Positions 26,038-34,675 of a stretch of DNA of 64,000 nucleotides are shown here, in pieces. The DNA comes from Eubacteriales bacterium. GTDB taxonomy: Bacteria; Bacillota; Clostridia; Oscillospirales; CAG-272. Location of the stretch: positions 5,086 to 69,085 of the forward strand of contig JAZRAE010000093.1 in NCBI GenBank assembly GCA_045634385.1, given 5' to 3'. The translations under genes were made by a program, and so were the position numbers. The notes under the pieces are model-generated. The model ran no database searches and was not told the origin of the DNA. It was given only the letters and a program-made list of their open reading frames with translations. Every line of letters starts with the position of its first letter. The first letter of the stretch is position 1.

Positions 26038-27995
26038 TCAAGAACAATCAATGTGTGCAGTCTAAAAGGCGGAACATTGAAAGTTAGTATATCACCGTCT
26101 TGAGAAAAGGTTATTCTCTCCTCGCTCGGAATAGCGGTTGCCTTGCTTATTTTTCTATTAGTCTTCAAAGAAATGCTTACATCATGAAGCTTTGGAAAAT
26201 CGGGCAAAAGGCACACATTTCCGCGATTCACGGGCGGAGCGTACAGAAGATGCAGGGCAAGGAAATCTCCGTTTTTACTCTCTCTTAATCTCACTCTTCC
26301 CGAGGAAGGAAGCTCACTTGTTTCTATTGCCGGTGAATACACCTTTTTAATTGCCCTTATCATATATTCCTCAAGAACATAGTTGCCCGTTTCATTGTAA
26401 CTTTTAAACACGGGGTGGGCGAAATACAAAACTTTACCGCATTTTACAAGCGCGGGATAATCCGCCGCCTCAGGCTTTTGCGGTGTGTTTTTATGTCCGC
26501 AGAAATGACGCAAAGTTCGGTTAAAATACGGCTCGTACACCTCTGCCAAAATTTCCGCATCCGACGGTACTCTCACCTTATAAGCTGAAGAATATGAGAG
26601 AAACGGACTCTTCACCTCACCAAAGTCACATCTGATGTAATCTGTATCGGCACGTGACGGCTCAAGCTTTTCAATACCAAGACCGTCAAACGCACTCTCA
26701 TAGCTTGCAACAACAGCTCCGCCCTTGTTTATAAATTCAAGAATAGCCTTTTTATCACACTCCGAAAGCTTCACATTATCGGGCAAAATAATGCAAGCAT
26801 ATTTATCAAGATCGTCACCAGATCCAATAACGTCATATTCAAGATGCATAATCTGCAAGAGCTTTGATGTTCCCATATCCGAGTCGTAGTCATGGCTCAT
26901 CCAAATGGCAATGTTGGTATATGCGCGTGTATTCTCGGAATACTTCTCGATCTTTTTTGCATAGTCAAACGCGTGACCTATAATCTCATAGGTGCTCTCG
27001 TCTATTTCACCCGACGGATGCAAATGATCTCCCACAGACATAGATGCCCCAAGGCTTACCATATCTGCACACTCGTATCGAAGTGCCTCTTTGTTTTTAA
27101 ATCCGCCAAACTCGCCCCAAGCATGATGGAATTTTCCCGTCATACCAAGAAAATTCTTGCCGTATTTTTCAAAGAACTTTGCCCTTAGGGGCATAAGGTC
27201 ATAACCGCCCCAAGCCGTAGGAAGATCCTCGAGCTCATAGTGTGTCTGATATGGGTGATACTCGGTTCTGTTCATATCAGCACCGCCGTTATAGAAGACG
27301 GGTGCATTCTCGGAGTATTCGTGGATAACCGACGTCATTCGCTTCATAAACTCTACACGGCCATCTACATAATGCCTTTTTACGTCGTCTTCATTATTTG
27401 GATCAAGTCCCTTTTCTAGCATCTTTTTCTTGCAGGAATCGCACACACAGCCATCACCGAAAAAGCAAATATCGTAGAAAATTCCGTCGGACACATCAAA
27501 ACTCTCACAGATATCACGTGTCAATTTTTCTATGTAATCTGCATAATCACCGTTAAGGCACAGACCTATCCAGCTGCAGTGCTCTAAAGATTCATCGAGT
27601 CCGACGCAAGCATCGGGATCAGCGCCTATATATGCCGCCTTTTTGGTTTTAAAATCGATCTGATGCCACTCGGGATGCTCGTCCGCATCCTTCTTGCTCC
27701 ACCCCGCTGTAATATAAATTGGAGCTTTTGCACCTGTAGCGTGTATAGCGTCAATCTCCTCTTTCAAAAGATTGAATTTAAGACTTGGATGCATAGGAGC
27801 AATTTTTGAGGGGTAATAGGTGTACCCGTGGTGACATTTTGCGAAAACTGTCATTGATTCGACACTCGCGCCACTCACGGCTTTAATGAATTTTTCCTTG
27901 TCAAACTTTTCTCCTACCCCATCAATGAGCGGACTTGTATGAAAGTCAAGATGAACGCATCTCATATATTTTTCCTCGTCACTATGTATTTTCAA
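26034..27995 (-). CDS. putative glycoside hydrolase (GHL6-like TIM barrel plus beta-galactosidase-trimerisation-like domain)
   Basis: 653 aa. MRCVHLDFHTSP...FAKCHHGYTYYPSK pattern, recalled from GHL6 family proteins. No signal peptide. Confidence 0.5.
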   Translation of the reverse strand: MKIHSDEEKYMRCVHLDFHTSPLIDGVGEKFDKEKFIKAVSGASVESMTVFAKCHHGYTYYPSKIAPMHPSLKFNLLKEEIDAIHATGAKAPIYITAGWSKKDADEHPEWHQIDFKTKKAAYIGADPDACVGLDESLEHCSWIGLCLNGDYADYIEKLTRDICESFDVSDGIFYDICFFGDGCVCDSCKKKMLEKGLDPNNEDDVKRHYVDGRVEFMKRMTSVIHEYSENAPVFYNGGADMNRTEYHPYQTHYELEDLPTAWGGYDLMPLRAKFFEKYGKNFLGMTGKFHHAWGEFGGFKNKEALRYECADMVSLGASMSVGDHLHPSGEIDESTYEIIGHAFDYAKKIEKYSENTRAYTNIAIWMSHDYDSDMGTSKLLQIMHLEYDVIGSGDDLDKYACIILPDNVKLSECDKKAILEFINKGGAVVASYESAFDGLGIEKLEPSRADTDYIRCDFGEVKSPFLSYSSAYKVRVPSDAEILAEVYEPYFNRTLRHFCGHKNTPQKPEAADYPALVKCGKVLYFAHPVFKSYNETGNYVLEEYMIRAIKKVYSPAIETSELPSSGRVRLRESKNGDFLALHLLYAPPVNRGNVCLLPDFPKLHDVSISLKTNRKISKATAIPSEERITFSQDGDILTFNVPPFRLHTLIVLE

Positions 27996-28012
27996 TGGGT
28001 TTTCAAAAACCT

Positions 28013-28732
28013 TTAGTCACCTTTATCGTTTAGTGACCATCCGTAATCGCCGTGATATATCATCTGTTTGGTCATGCCGCCGTCAATACAGATGTTCTCA
28101 CCCGTGATAAAGCCTGCCATATCCGAGCAAAGATACAGCACCATATTGGCAATATCCGGAGGATTTCCCACCCTACCGGCAGGTTGTTGAGTGGCATCTG
28201 CGCCCTCGTATACGGTATAGCTATTATCTATCCAACCGGGCGAGATGGAGTTAACCCTCACCCTACCCGCAAAGCTCACCGCAAGCGCATGTGTAAGCGA
28301 CGAGATACCGCCCTTTGCCGCAGTATAGCTTTCAGTCTCCCTTTGACTCATACGGTCACGCGAGGATGAGATATTCACAATACTCGCTCCCTCGTTGAAA
28401 TGTGAGGCAAAAAGCTTTGAGAGGTAAAACGGTGCCGTTACACCAACCTTTAGCGCATACTCAAAATCCTCGTAACTTCCGTTTGTAACACCGCACATTT
28501 TCGGTGCGGCATTGTTGATAAGATAGTCGACACAGCCATAGTCGGATATTACTTTTTCGGCGAAGCGCTCAAGAGTTTCTTTGTCTGCAAGGTCACCGAT
28601 AAAATAGTCATTATATAAAACATCAATTGTGCAGACTCTTGCGCCCGCTGCCTCAAATCTTTCTTTTATACATTTTCCAATGCCGCGTGCACCGCCGGTA
28701 ATAACAACAGTTTTATTATTAAAATCAAACAT
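28013..28732 (-). CDS. short-chain dehydrogenase/reductase (SDR)
   Basis: TGGARGIG cofactor motif, NNAA, catalytic YTAAK. Confidence 0.85.
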   Translation of the reverse strand: MFDFNNKTVVITGGARGIGKCIKERFEAAGARVCTIDVLYNDYFIGDLADKETLERFAEKVISDYGCVDYLINNAAPKMCGVTNGSYEDFEYALKVGVTAPFYLSKLFASHFNEGASIVNISSSRDRMSQRETESYTAAKGGISSLTHALAVSFAGRVRVNSISPGWIDNSYTVYEGADATQQPAGRVGNPPDIANMVLYLCSDMAGFITGENICIDGGMTKQMIYHGDYGWSLNDKGD

Positions 28733-28818
28733 TTTACCACCTATATCTTACAATCAATAAATTACTTAGAATCATTAAAAACGTTTGTTATGTAAATAAA
28801 GATTTTTGTTTTTTCACA

Positions 28819-29403
28819 TCAATCTATGTTTCTAACGGTTTCGATCAAAGCCTTCACTATATTACTCGTCTTAATATTTGGTTCTTTTCCCTGCTCCTCC
28901 GAGTAGGGGATATGAATAAATCCGACCCTTGTATCACTGCCGCTAAAGTGCCAAAGCAATGTGTAAAGCACCTCGTTACAAACGTACGTTCCTGCGGAAT
29001 ACGATACGTTCGAAGGTACACCGCACTCCCTTATCGCCTCTGAAATTTTCCTTACCGGCAATGTTGAAAAATAAGCTGTCTCTCCGCCCTTGATTATCGA
29101 CTCATCCGTAGGTTGATTTCCCTCGTTATCCGGTATTGATGCATAGCGCAAATTAATTCCCACAAGCTCCGGCGTTATTGCATTTCTGCCGCCTGCCTGA
29201 CCGATACATAGAATTACATCGGGATCTGATTTTTCTGCCTCTTTTATAATCATATCCGAGGCCTTGCCAAACACAACCGGCAAGAGCAGCTTAGTTAGCG
29301 AATATCCGTTTATCTCTTCCGGCAAAAGCTTTACCGCCTCCCATGAGGGATTTATTATCTCTTCGCCGAATGGCTCAAAGCCTGTTATCAAAAGTTTCTT
29401 CAC
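28819..29403 (-). CDS. pcp: pyroglutamyl-peptidase I (GTG start)
   Basis: 194 aa. LITGFEPFGEEIINPSWEAV, catalytic Cys in AGTYVCNEV and His in GFIHIP. Confidence 0.88.
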   Translation of the reverse strand: MKKLLITGFEPFGEEIINPSWEAVKLLPEEINGYSLTKLLLPVVFGKASDMIIKEAEKSDPDVILCIGQAGGRNAITPELVGINLRYASIPDNEGNQPTDESIIKGGETAYFSTLPVRKISEAIRECGVPSNVSYSAGTYVCNEVLYTLLWHFSGSDTRVGFIHIPYSEEQGKEPNIKTSNIVKALIETVRNID

Positions 29404-29735
29404 CTATTTCTCCAATCTACTTGATCATCCATATATGCGAAAATATTGACATTATTCATAACAAAAATATTGTCAATGCAGATTATTCCCTTCTGTTTTG
29501 CGGTCGCAACGGCATCACGCCTCGAAAGAAGTTTAATCCTGCTTCAACCCGGTATACGTCTGCTTATCGGATTGACGACGGCGTCGCGATTTGTTTTCGT
29601 TATGTCCCATCATATTGTCCTAAGTAACATCACTTACTATTATTTTTTCTATTGTACCATTTTTTACCCAATAAAGCAATACCCGATGCAAATTTACAAA
29701 GATAAAAAGATAGCTCCACACTCTCCGCCAAAATA

Positions 29736-29764
29736 TTGACTTTTATGCAGAGCTATGTTAAAAT
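29736..29764 (+). promoter_or_regulatory. sigma-A type promoter with extended -10
   Basis: TTGACT-17 nt-TAAAAT, with TGT immediately upstream of the -10. About 22 nt before the 29787 ORF. Confidence 0.5.
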
Positions 29765-29786
29765 TTAAAAAGGGGAGGGATGCAGT

Positions 29787-30671
29787 ATGAGACAAGTCAC
29801 AATAAAAAGACAAGCTTCCGTCAATGGCTTTTTCCAATCGCTCTGCTTATACGTTGAGGATGCCGAGCAAGGCACTGATGAGGTTTGCGGTGTGAGATGC
29901 AGAAAGCTTTTCAACATAAAAAGCGGCGAGGAGCGCTCCTTCGAAATAGGAGATGACGATGTTCGTATTTTTGCTGTTGAAGGTCAGTCGGTTGACGAAA
30001 GCACCGTTACAGAATATCCTATAGCGGCAGGCAATGATGATCTTTTTATCGGAGCTAAATATCAATCGGTTGGTAAAACCGTCAGGTTTAAATTTTTGTT
30101 TTGCATCACTGTCAGCAACCGTTTTTCTATCGACCGAGCACGTGCGAAAAAGAAGAAGCTGATCATTGCATTTTCAACCGTTTTATGCTTGGCGATAGCA
30201 ATATTCCTTTGCTTTCAGTTTAGAAGCTGCTTGCTCCCTGCTTCAATGAGACCGATAGACTTCGAAGTGGAAGAAATGACCATTACTCTCACAAAAAGCT
30301 TTGTGGTCGATGAACGGGATAATAGTAATTATTACACAAAATCCTTTTTATCAATGGACTGTTGGGTTGGTGCCATTCGTGAAGGATATGATGAGTATCC
30401 CTCTCTTGAGGACGTTTCAACCTATGAATATTGCGAAATGATAAAAAGTGCTAACGGAAACACAACATCAAAAATAGAAGCGAGAGACGAGTTGACTTAT
30501 TTCGTTTTTGAAAGCTATATTTCGCAATCAAAAACAACCCATACCGTATATCTTTTTGCATATAAAAGCGATAATGCAATGTGGTTTATTCAATTTGCCA
30601 CTCTAAAGCAGGACGTAGAGAAATGGGAAGACTATTTCTTTGAATGGGCGGAATCGGTTCGGTTTGACTAA
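29787..30671 (+). CDS. hypothetical single-pass membrane protein
   Basis: 294 aa. GGGGAGGG RBS. One TM (LIIAFSTVLCLAIAIFLCF) between two soluble domains. Confidence 0.5.
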   Translation: MRQVTIKRQASVNGFFQSLCLYVEDAEQGTDEVCGVRCRKLFNIKSGEERSFEIGDDDVRIFAVEGQSVDESTVTEYPIAAGNDDLFIGAKYQSVGKTVRFKFLFCITVSNRFSIDRARAKKKKLIIAFSTVLCLAIAIFLCFQFRSCLLPASMRPIDFEVEEMTITLTKSFVVDERDNSNYYTKSFLSMDCWVGAIREGYDEYPSLEDVSTYEYCEMIKSANGNTTSKIEARDELTYFVFESYISQSKTTHTVYLFAYKSDNAMWFIQFATLKQDVEKWEDYFFEWAESVRFD

Positions 30672-30734
30672 ATTCCGATTCTTATATCAACCGATTATCT
30701 TATGAATTTTGTATCATACATTTTTATGGAATAC

Positions 30735-30775
30735 AAAAAGGACAGAGATTACATTTGCTTTCTCTGTCCTTTTTC
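30735..30775. terminator. bidirectional terminator (stem AAGGACAGAGA/TCTCTGTCCTT)
   Basis: AAAAAGGACAGAGA-ttacatttgctt-TCTCTGTCCTTTTT between convergent genes. The same stem recurs at 55745-55778. Confidence 0.8.
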
Positions 30776-30842
30776 TGTTGGTAGATAGCTTGTTTTATTT
30801 GATTTACCAAAACTGTCCTTAAGAGAATGCCTCGTTTCGTCC

Positions 30843-31385
30843 TTATTTAAGCATTCCGTATCCGCCCGAGTACTTGTTAACGTCGTCAACTACCACGAAC
30901 ACGTTATTGTTACATATCTTTCTGATCTGTTTGGCAACCACAACCGTGTCACGCCTTGGTAACACGATGAAGATCATATTCATCTTATCCGTCGAGCCTT
31001 GACCCTCAAAAATAGTATATCCGCGAGAGCTTTCTTTTAGATACTCAATTATTTTTTCTGCATTCTCATCATTAGCAATCAACTGAAGACTTGATGTTCC
31101 GAGCGCGATTTTGCCTTCGAGCGTTGAACCGAGGAATAAACCCGTAGCGTATCCGACACAATAAAAGGCAAGTAAAAACAGATTATCACCAAGCGTACTT
31201 ATGATAGTAGAAATAACAAGTCCCCAAATAGCGCATTCAATGAGTCCAAGCCCTGCCGCCTTAAGTCTTTGTCCTTTCACCATCATACAAGTTTTAAGTG
31301 ATTGTATTGTGATCTCGATAATTTTTGCGGCACAAACGATTATACATACCGCAAAGGGTGGAATTGATGCTAAAAATTCAGACAT
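30843..31385 (-). CDS. UPF0316/DUF2179 membrane protein
   Basis: Start MSEFLAS with an AGGAGA RBS. AAKIIEITIQSLKTCMMVKGQRLKAAGLGLIECAIWGLVIS pattern. Confidence 0.65.
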   Translation of the reverse strand: MSEFLASIPPFAVCIIVCAAKIIEITIQSLKTCMMVKGQRLKAAGLGLIECAIWGLVISTIISTLGDNLFLLAFYCVGYATGLFLGSTLEGKIALGTSSLQLIANDENAEKIIEYLKESSRGYTIFEGQGSTDKMNMIFIVLPRRDTVVVAKQIRKICNNNVFVVVDDVNKYSGGYGMLK

Positions 31386-31702
31386 TTTTTCTCTCCTATC
31401 GTTATTTATAATATAGTATACCACTTTGGACGGTAAAATTCAATATTTGAAATATCAAAAAGTCATATACAACAAAAAAACAACAGCTTTTTTTAAAAGT
31501 TGTCATCTATTAAATCTACAAAACCAAATGCCGCCGCAACTCAAGCAAAGGGTATCTTTTTACTATTTAAGTCATTTTGACCGACTTTTATCTATTGCTT
31601 CTCTTTTTAATAAGACTGCTGATTTCCTACTCCGCGGCGAATTTTGTGCAAAGTGTTGAATTTTATTTTTTTTGACCTTGTTTTTTGTTTATTTAATTTC
31701 AT

Positions 31703-31730
31703 TGACTTTTAAATTGATTTATAATATAAT
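31703..31730 (+). promoter_or_regulatory. sigma-A promoter of the pur operon
   Basis: TTGACT-16 nt-TATAAT, about 50 nt upstream of the riboswitch aptamer. Confidence 0.55.
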
Positions 31731-31774
31731 TATAGAGTAATTAGTTTTAGCGCCTTGAGGCAGTGCCCCGACGC

Positions 31775-31862
31775 AAACCTGTCCCGTGACTGACGGATCT
31801 TCGCGGATATAACCGCGGTGCCACGGAGACTTACATATTTAATGCCGACCGTCTGGGCGCAC
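31775..31862 (+). promoter_or_regulatory. ZTP (pfl-motif) riboswitch aptamer
   Basis: CCCGUGACUGACGG...CGCGG-auauaa-CCGCG...CCACGG, a linker, then CCGACCGUCUGGGCGC. This matches the conserved GUGACUGGCG ... CCGCCUGGGC cores. Sits upstream of purE. Confidence 0.8.
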
Positions 31863-31900
31863 TTCCTTTTCCTTGGGTAAGTGCGCCTTTTTGTATTTTT
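31856..31900 (+). terminator. riboswitch expression-platform terminator
   Basis: GGCGCACTT-(14 nt)-AAGTGCGCC followed by TTTTTGTATTTTTT. The 5' arm overlaps the conserved CUGGGCGC of the aptamer. Confidence 0.8.
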
Positions 31901-31957
31901 TGGTCGCAACAAAACTAATAATTTTTCTTGGCGCTCTGCGCCTGAAGGGAGCTTGAT

Positions 31958-32449
31958 ATGAAAAAAGTTGGAATCGTTATGGGAAGCGCAAGTGATCTGC
32001 CCGTAGTAAAAAAGGCAATCGATATGCTCACCTCATTGGACATTCCGTATGAAGTACACGTTTACTCCGCGCACAGAACCCCAAATGAGGCGAGCGATTT
32101 TTCGTCAAACGCCAAGGAACGCGGTTTCGGCGTGCTTATAGCGGCGGCGGGAATGGCAGCGCACCTTGCAGGTGTCGTAGCATCCAAAACCACTCTGCCA
32201 GTTATCGGTATCCCCTGTAAGTCGGCAAATCTCGACGGACTTGATGCTCTTTTGGCAACGGTGCAGATGCCTACCGGAATCCCCGTAGCTACCGTAGCTA
32301 TCGACGGTGCGGCTAACGCGGCACTTCTCGCAGCGGAGATACTCGCTCTTGGCGACGATGCTCTTGCAAAAAAGCTTGAGGACAAGCGCCGCCGCGATAC
32401 CGAAGCAGTTCTTGAAAAAAACAAAGAGATAGAATCACAGTTCAACTAA
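31958..32449 (+). CDS. purE: 5-(carboxyamino)imidazole ribonucleotide mutase
   Basis: 163 aa. [28 protein letters not shown]. Confidence 0.92.
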   Translation: MKKVGIVMGSASDLPVVKKAIDMLTSLDIPYEVHVYSAHRTPNEASDFSSNAKERGFGVLIAAAGMAAHLAGVVASKTTLPVIGIPCKSANLDGLDALLATVQMPTGIPVATVAIDGAANAALLAAEILALGDDALAKKLEDKRRRDTEAVLEKNKEIESQFN

Positions 32450-32483
32450 TAATATTCGCTCTAAAACGAAAGGAAATAAAAAA

Positions 32484-33164
32484 ATGAAGCTTGTATACAC
32501 AGGAAAAACCAAGGACGTTTTCGCACTTGATAACGGAAACTATATGCTCAAGTTCAAGGATGACTGCACCGGCAAGGACGGTGTGTTTGATCCCGGTGAA
32601 AATTCGGTAGGCCTCACCATTGACGGTGTTGGCGATGTAAATCTTCGTATGTCCATCCACTTCTTTGAGAAGGTGAATGCGGCAGGAATAAAGACTCACT
32701 ACGTAAGCGCGGATCTTGCCGATACCACAATGGAGGTTCTCCCCGCTAAGCCCTTCGGTAAGGGACTTGAAGTAATCTGCCGTCACAAGGCAGTAGGCAG
32801 CTTCTACCGCCGCTACAGCGACTACATCGAGGAGGGCGCAGACCTTCCCGCATACGTTGAGACCACCTTCAAGAACGATGCAAAGGGCGACCCCCTTGTA
32901 ACTAAGGACGGCCTTGTTGATCTTGGTGTTATGAGCGCAAAGCAGTATGATGACATCAAGCTTATGACCCAGAAGATCACACAGATAGTTGCCGATGACC
33001 TCAAGGAAAAGGGCCTTATCCTCTATGATATAAAGTTTGAGTTCGGCTATGATAAGGACGGCGAGGTTATGCTCATCGACGAGATCTCCTCGGGCAATAT
33101 GAGAGCATATAAGGACGGCAAGTACGTTGATCCTATCACCCTCTCAAAGCTTTTCTTTGCATAA
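32484..33164 (+). CDS. purC: SAICAR synthetase
   Basis: 226 aa. YTGKTKDVF start and the short clostridial-type PurC pattern. Confidence 0.88.
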   Translation: MKLVYTGKTKDVFALDNGNYMLKFKDDCTGKDGVFDPGENSVGLTIDGVGDVNLRMSIHFFEKVNAAGIKTHYVSADLADTTMEVLPAKPFGKGLEVICRHKAVGSFYRRYSDYIEEGADLPAYVETTFKNDAKGDPLVTKDGLVDLGVMSAKQYDDIKLMTQKITQIVADDLKEKGLILYDIKFEFGYDKDGEVMLIDEISSGNMRAYKDGKYVDPITLSKLFFA

Positions 33165-33230
33165 AACATAATCAAGACAAAATCATATACACTTTTTGAA
33201 AACCCCTAAAAATAAGAAAGCGAGATACCA

Positions 33231-34655
33231 ATGGGCGGATTTTTCGGAGCGTGCCGTAAAAGCGACGCGATATCAGACGTATTTTTCGGAACGGACTACC
33301 ATTCTCACCTTGGAACAAGGAAAGCTGGAATGGCGGCATACGGTGAGAATATAGGCTTACAGAGATCTATACACAACATAGAAAACTCACCCTTCAGAAC
33401 TAAGTTTGAGCACGTATTTGATGAAATGGAGGGCAATAGCGCAATAGGATGTATAAGCGATTACGCACCCCAACCCCTTCTTATAAGATCAAGACTTGGC
33501 AAATATGCTATATGCATCGTCGGTGTGATAAACAACACCGAGGAGCTTGTGGAAAAGTATATTGCCTCGGGTGACGGACAGTTTGATGCAATGACGGGCG
33601 GTGCGGTTAATACAACCGAGCTCATCGCCGCGCTCATTAACAAGAAGACCAGCTTTACCGAGGGAATACGCTTTGCACAAAGTGAGATTGAAGGCACGGC
33701 CGCAATACTCATTCTGAAAGAAAGCGGAAGCATTATTGCCGCACGTGACAAGGTCGGCAGACTTCCGTTGATAATAGGTAAAGGCGAGGACGGCTACTGT
33801 GCAACGCTTGAGCCCTTTGCCGCAACCAAGCTTGACTATGAACCCGTAAAGGAACTGCGCGCCGGCGAGATAGTGGAAATATCGGAAGACGGCTTTGAGG
33901 TTCTTTACGAGGGCGTAGCAGAGATGAAGATATGCTCATTCCTCTGGAGCTACTACGGATACCCAACATCCACCTATGAAGGCAAGAACGTCGAGGTAAT
34001 GCGTTACAAAAACGGTGCAATAATGGCAGAGAATGACGTTGAGCGCGGTAATAACGAGGATATCGACTACGTAGGCGGTATTCCGGACTCGGGTACTCCT
34101 CACGCTATAGGATACGCAAACAAGAGCGGCATTCCTTTTGCAAGAGCGTTTATAAAATACACCCCCACCTGGGCAAGAAGCTTTACTCCGGCAAAGCAGT
34201 CGGACAGAAACCGTATTGCCAAGATGAAGCAAATACCCGTTCACGAGCTTATCGAGGAAAAGAATCTGCTCTTTGTAGACGACTCAATAGTACGCGGAAC
34301 ACAGATAGGCGAAACCGTAGAATTCCTCTACGAAAATGGTGCAAAATCGGTGCATATGCGTTCTGCCTGCCCACCCATTATGTACAGCTGTAAGTACCTC
34401 AACTTCTCAAGAGCTACAAGTGATATGGAGCTCATAACGAGAAGGATCATTCAAGAGCTTGAGGGGGATGAAGGACACAAGCATATACAAGAATACAGCG
34501 ACTTCTCGACCGAACGCGGTAAGCGGCTGCGCAAGGTATTATGCGAGAAGCTCCATTTGAAATCTATAGAATTCCAGACGCTTGACGGCATCACAAAGGC
34601 GATAGGTCTTGAGCCGTGTAAGCTCTGCACATATTGTTATACAGGAAAAGAATAA
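33231..34655 (+). CDS. purF: amidophosphoribosyltransferase homologue lacking the N-terminal nucleophile Cys
   Basis: 474 aa. PRTase motif LLFVDDSIVRGTQ. The N-terminus is MGGFFGAC rather than MCG..G. An in-frame TAA at 33213-33215 excludes a longer N-terminus. Confidence 0.85.
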   Translation: MGGFFGACRKSDAISDVFFGTDYHSHLGTRKAGMAAYGENIGLQRSIHNIENSPFRTKFEHVFDEMEGNSAIGCISDYAPQPLLIRSRLGKYAICIVGVINNTEELVEKYIASGDGQFDAMTGGAVNTTELIAALINKKTSFTEGIRFAQSEIEGTAAILILKESGSIIAARDKVGRLPLIIGKGEDGYCATLEPFAATKLDYEPVKELRAGEIVEISEDGFEVLYEGVAEMKICSFLWSYYGYPTSTYEGKNVEVMRYKNGAIMAENDVERGNNEDIDYVGGIPDSGTPHAIGYANKSGIPFARAFIKYTPTWARSFTPAKQSDRNRIAKMKQIPVHELIEEKNLLFVDDSIVRGTQIGETVEFLYENGAKSVHMRSACPPIMYSCKYLNFSRATSDMELITRRIIQELEGDEGHKHIQEYSDFSTERGKRLRKVLCEKLHLKSIEFQTLDGITKAIGLEPCKLCTYCYTGKE

Positions 34656-34675
34656 TCAAGGAGGACTGAAAACCC

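Noticed and set aside
29489-29640. 26-codon minus-strand ORF (MMGHNENKSRRRRQSDKQTYTGLKQD), or a riboswitch upstream of pcp
   Set aside because: The RBS is weak and the sequence matches no conserved peptide or riboswitch core that I recognise. I cannot support either call from the sequence alone.
31730-31912. 60-aa minus-strand ORF
   Set aside because: It overlaps the ZTP riboswitch and its terminator on the opposite strand, has no RBS, and has an implausible R/K-rich composition.
31425-31957. Switch from minus-strand to plus-strand genes considered as a replication origin
   Set aside because: I saw no dnaA or dnaN genes, no DnaA-box clusters, and no AT-rich unwinding repeats. The interval is explained by a promoter, the riboswitch and divergent transcription. 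GC skew cannot be computed reliably by eye.
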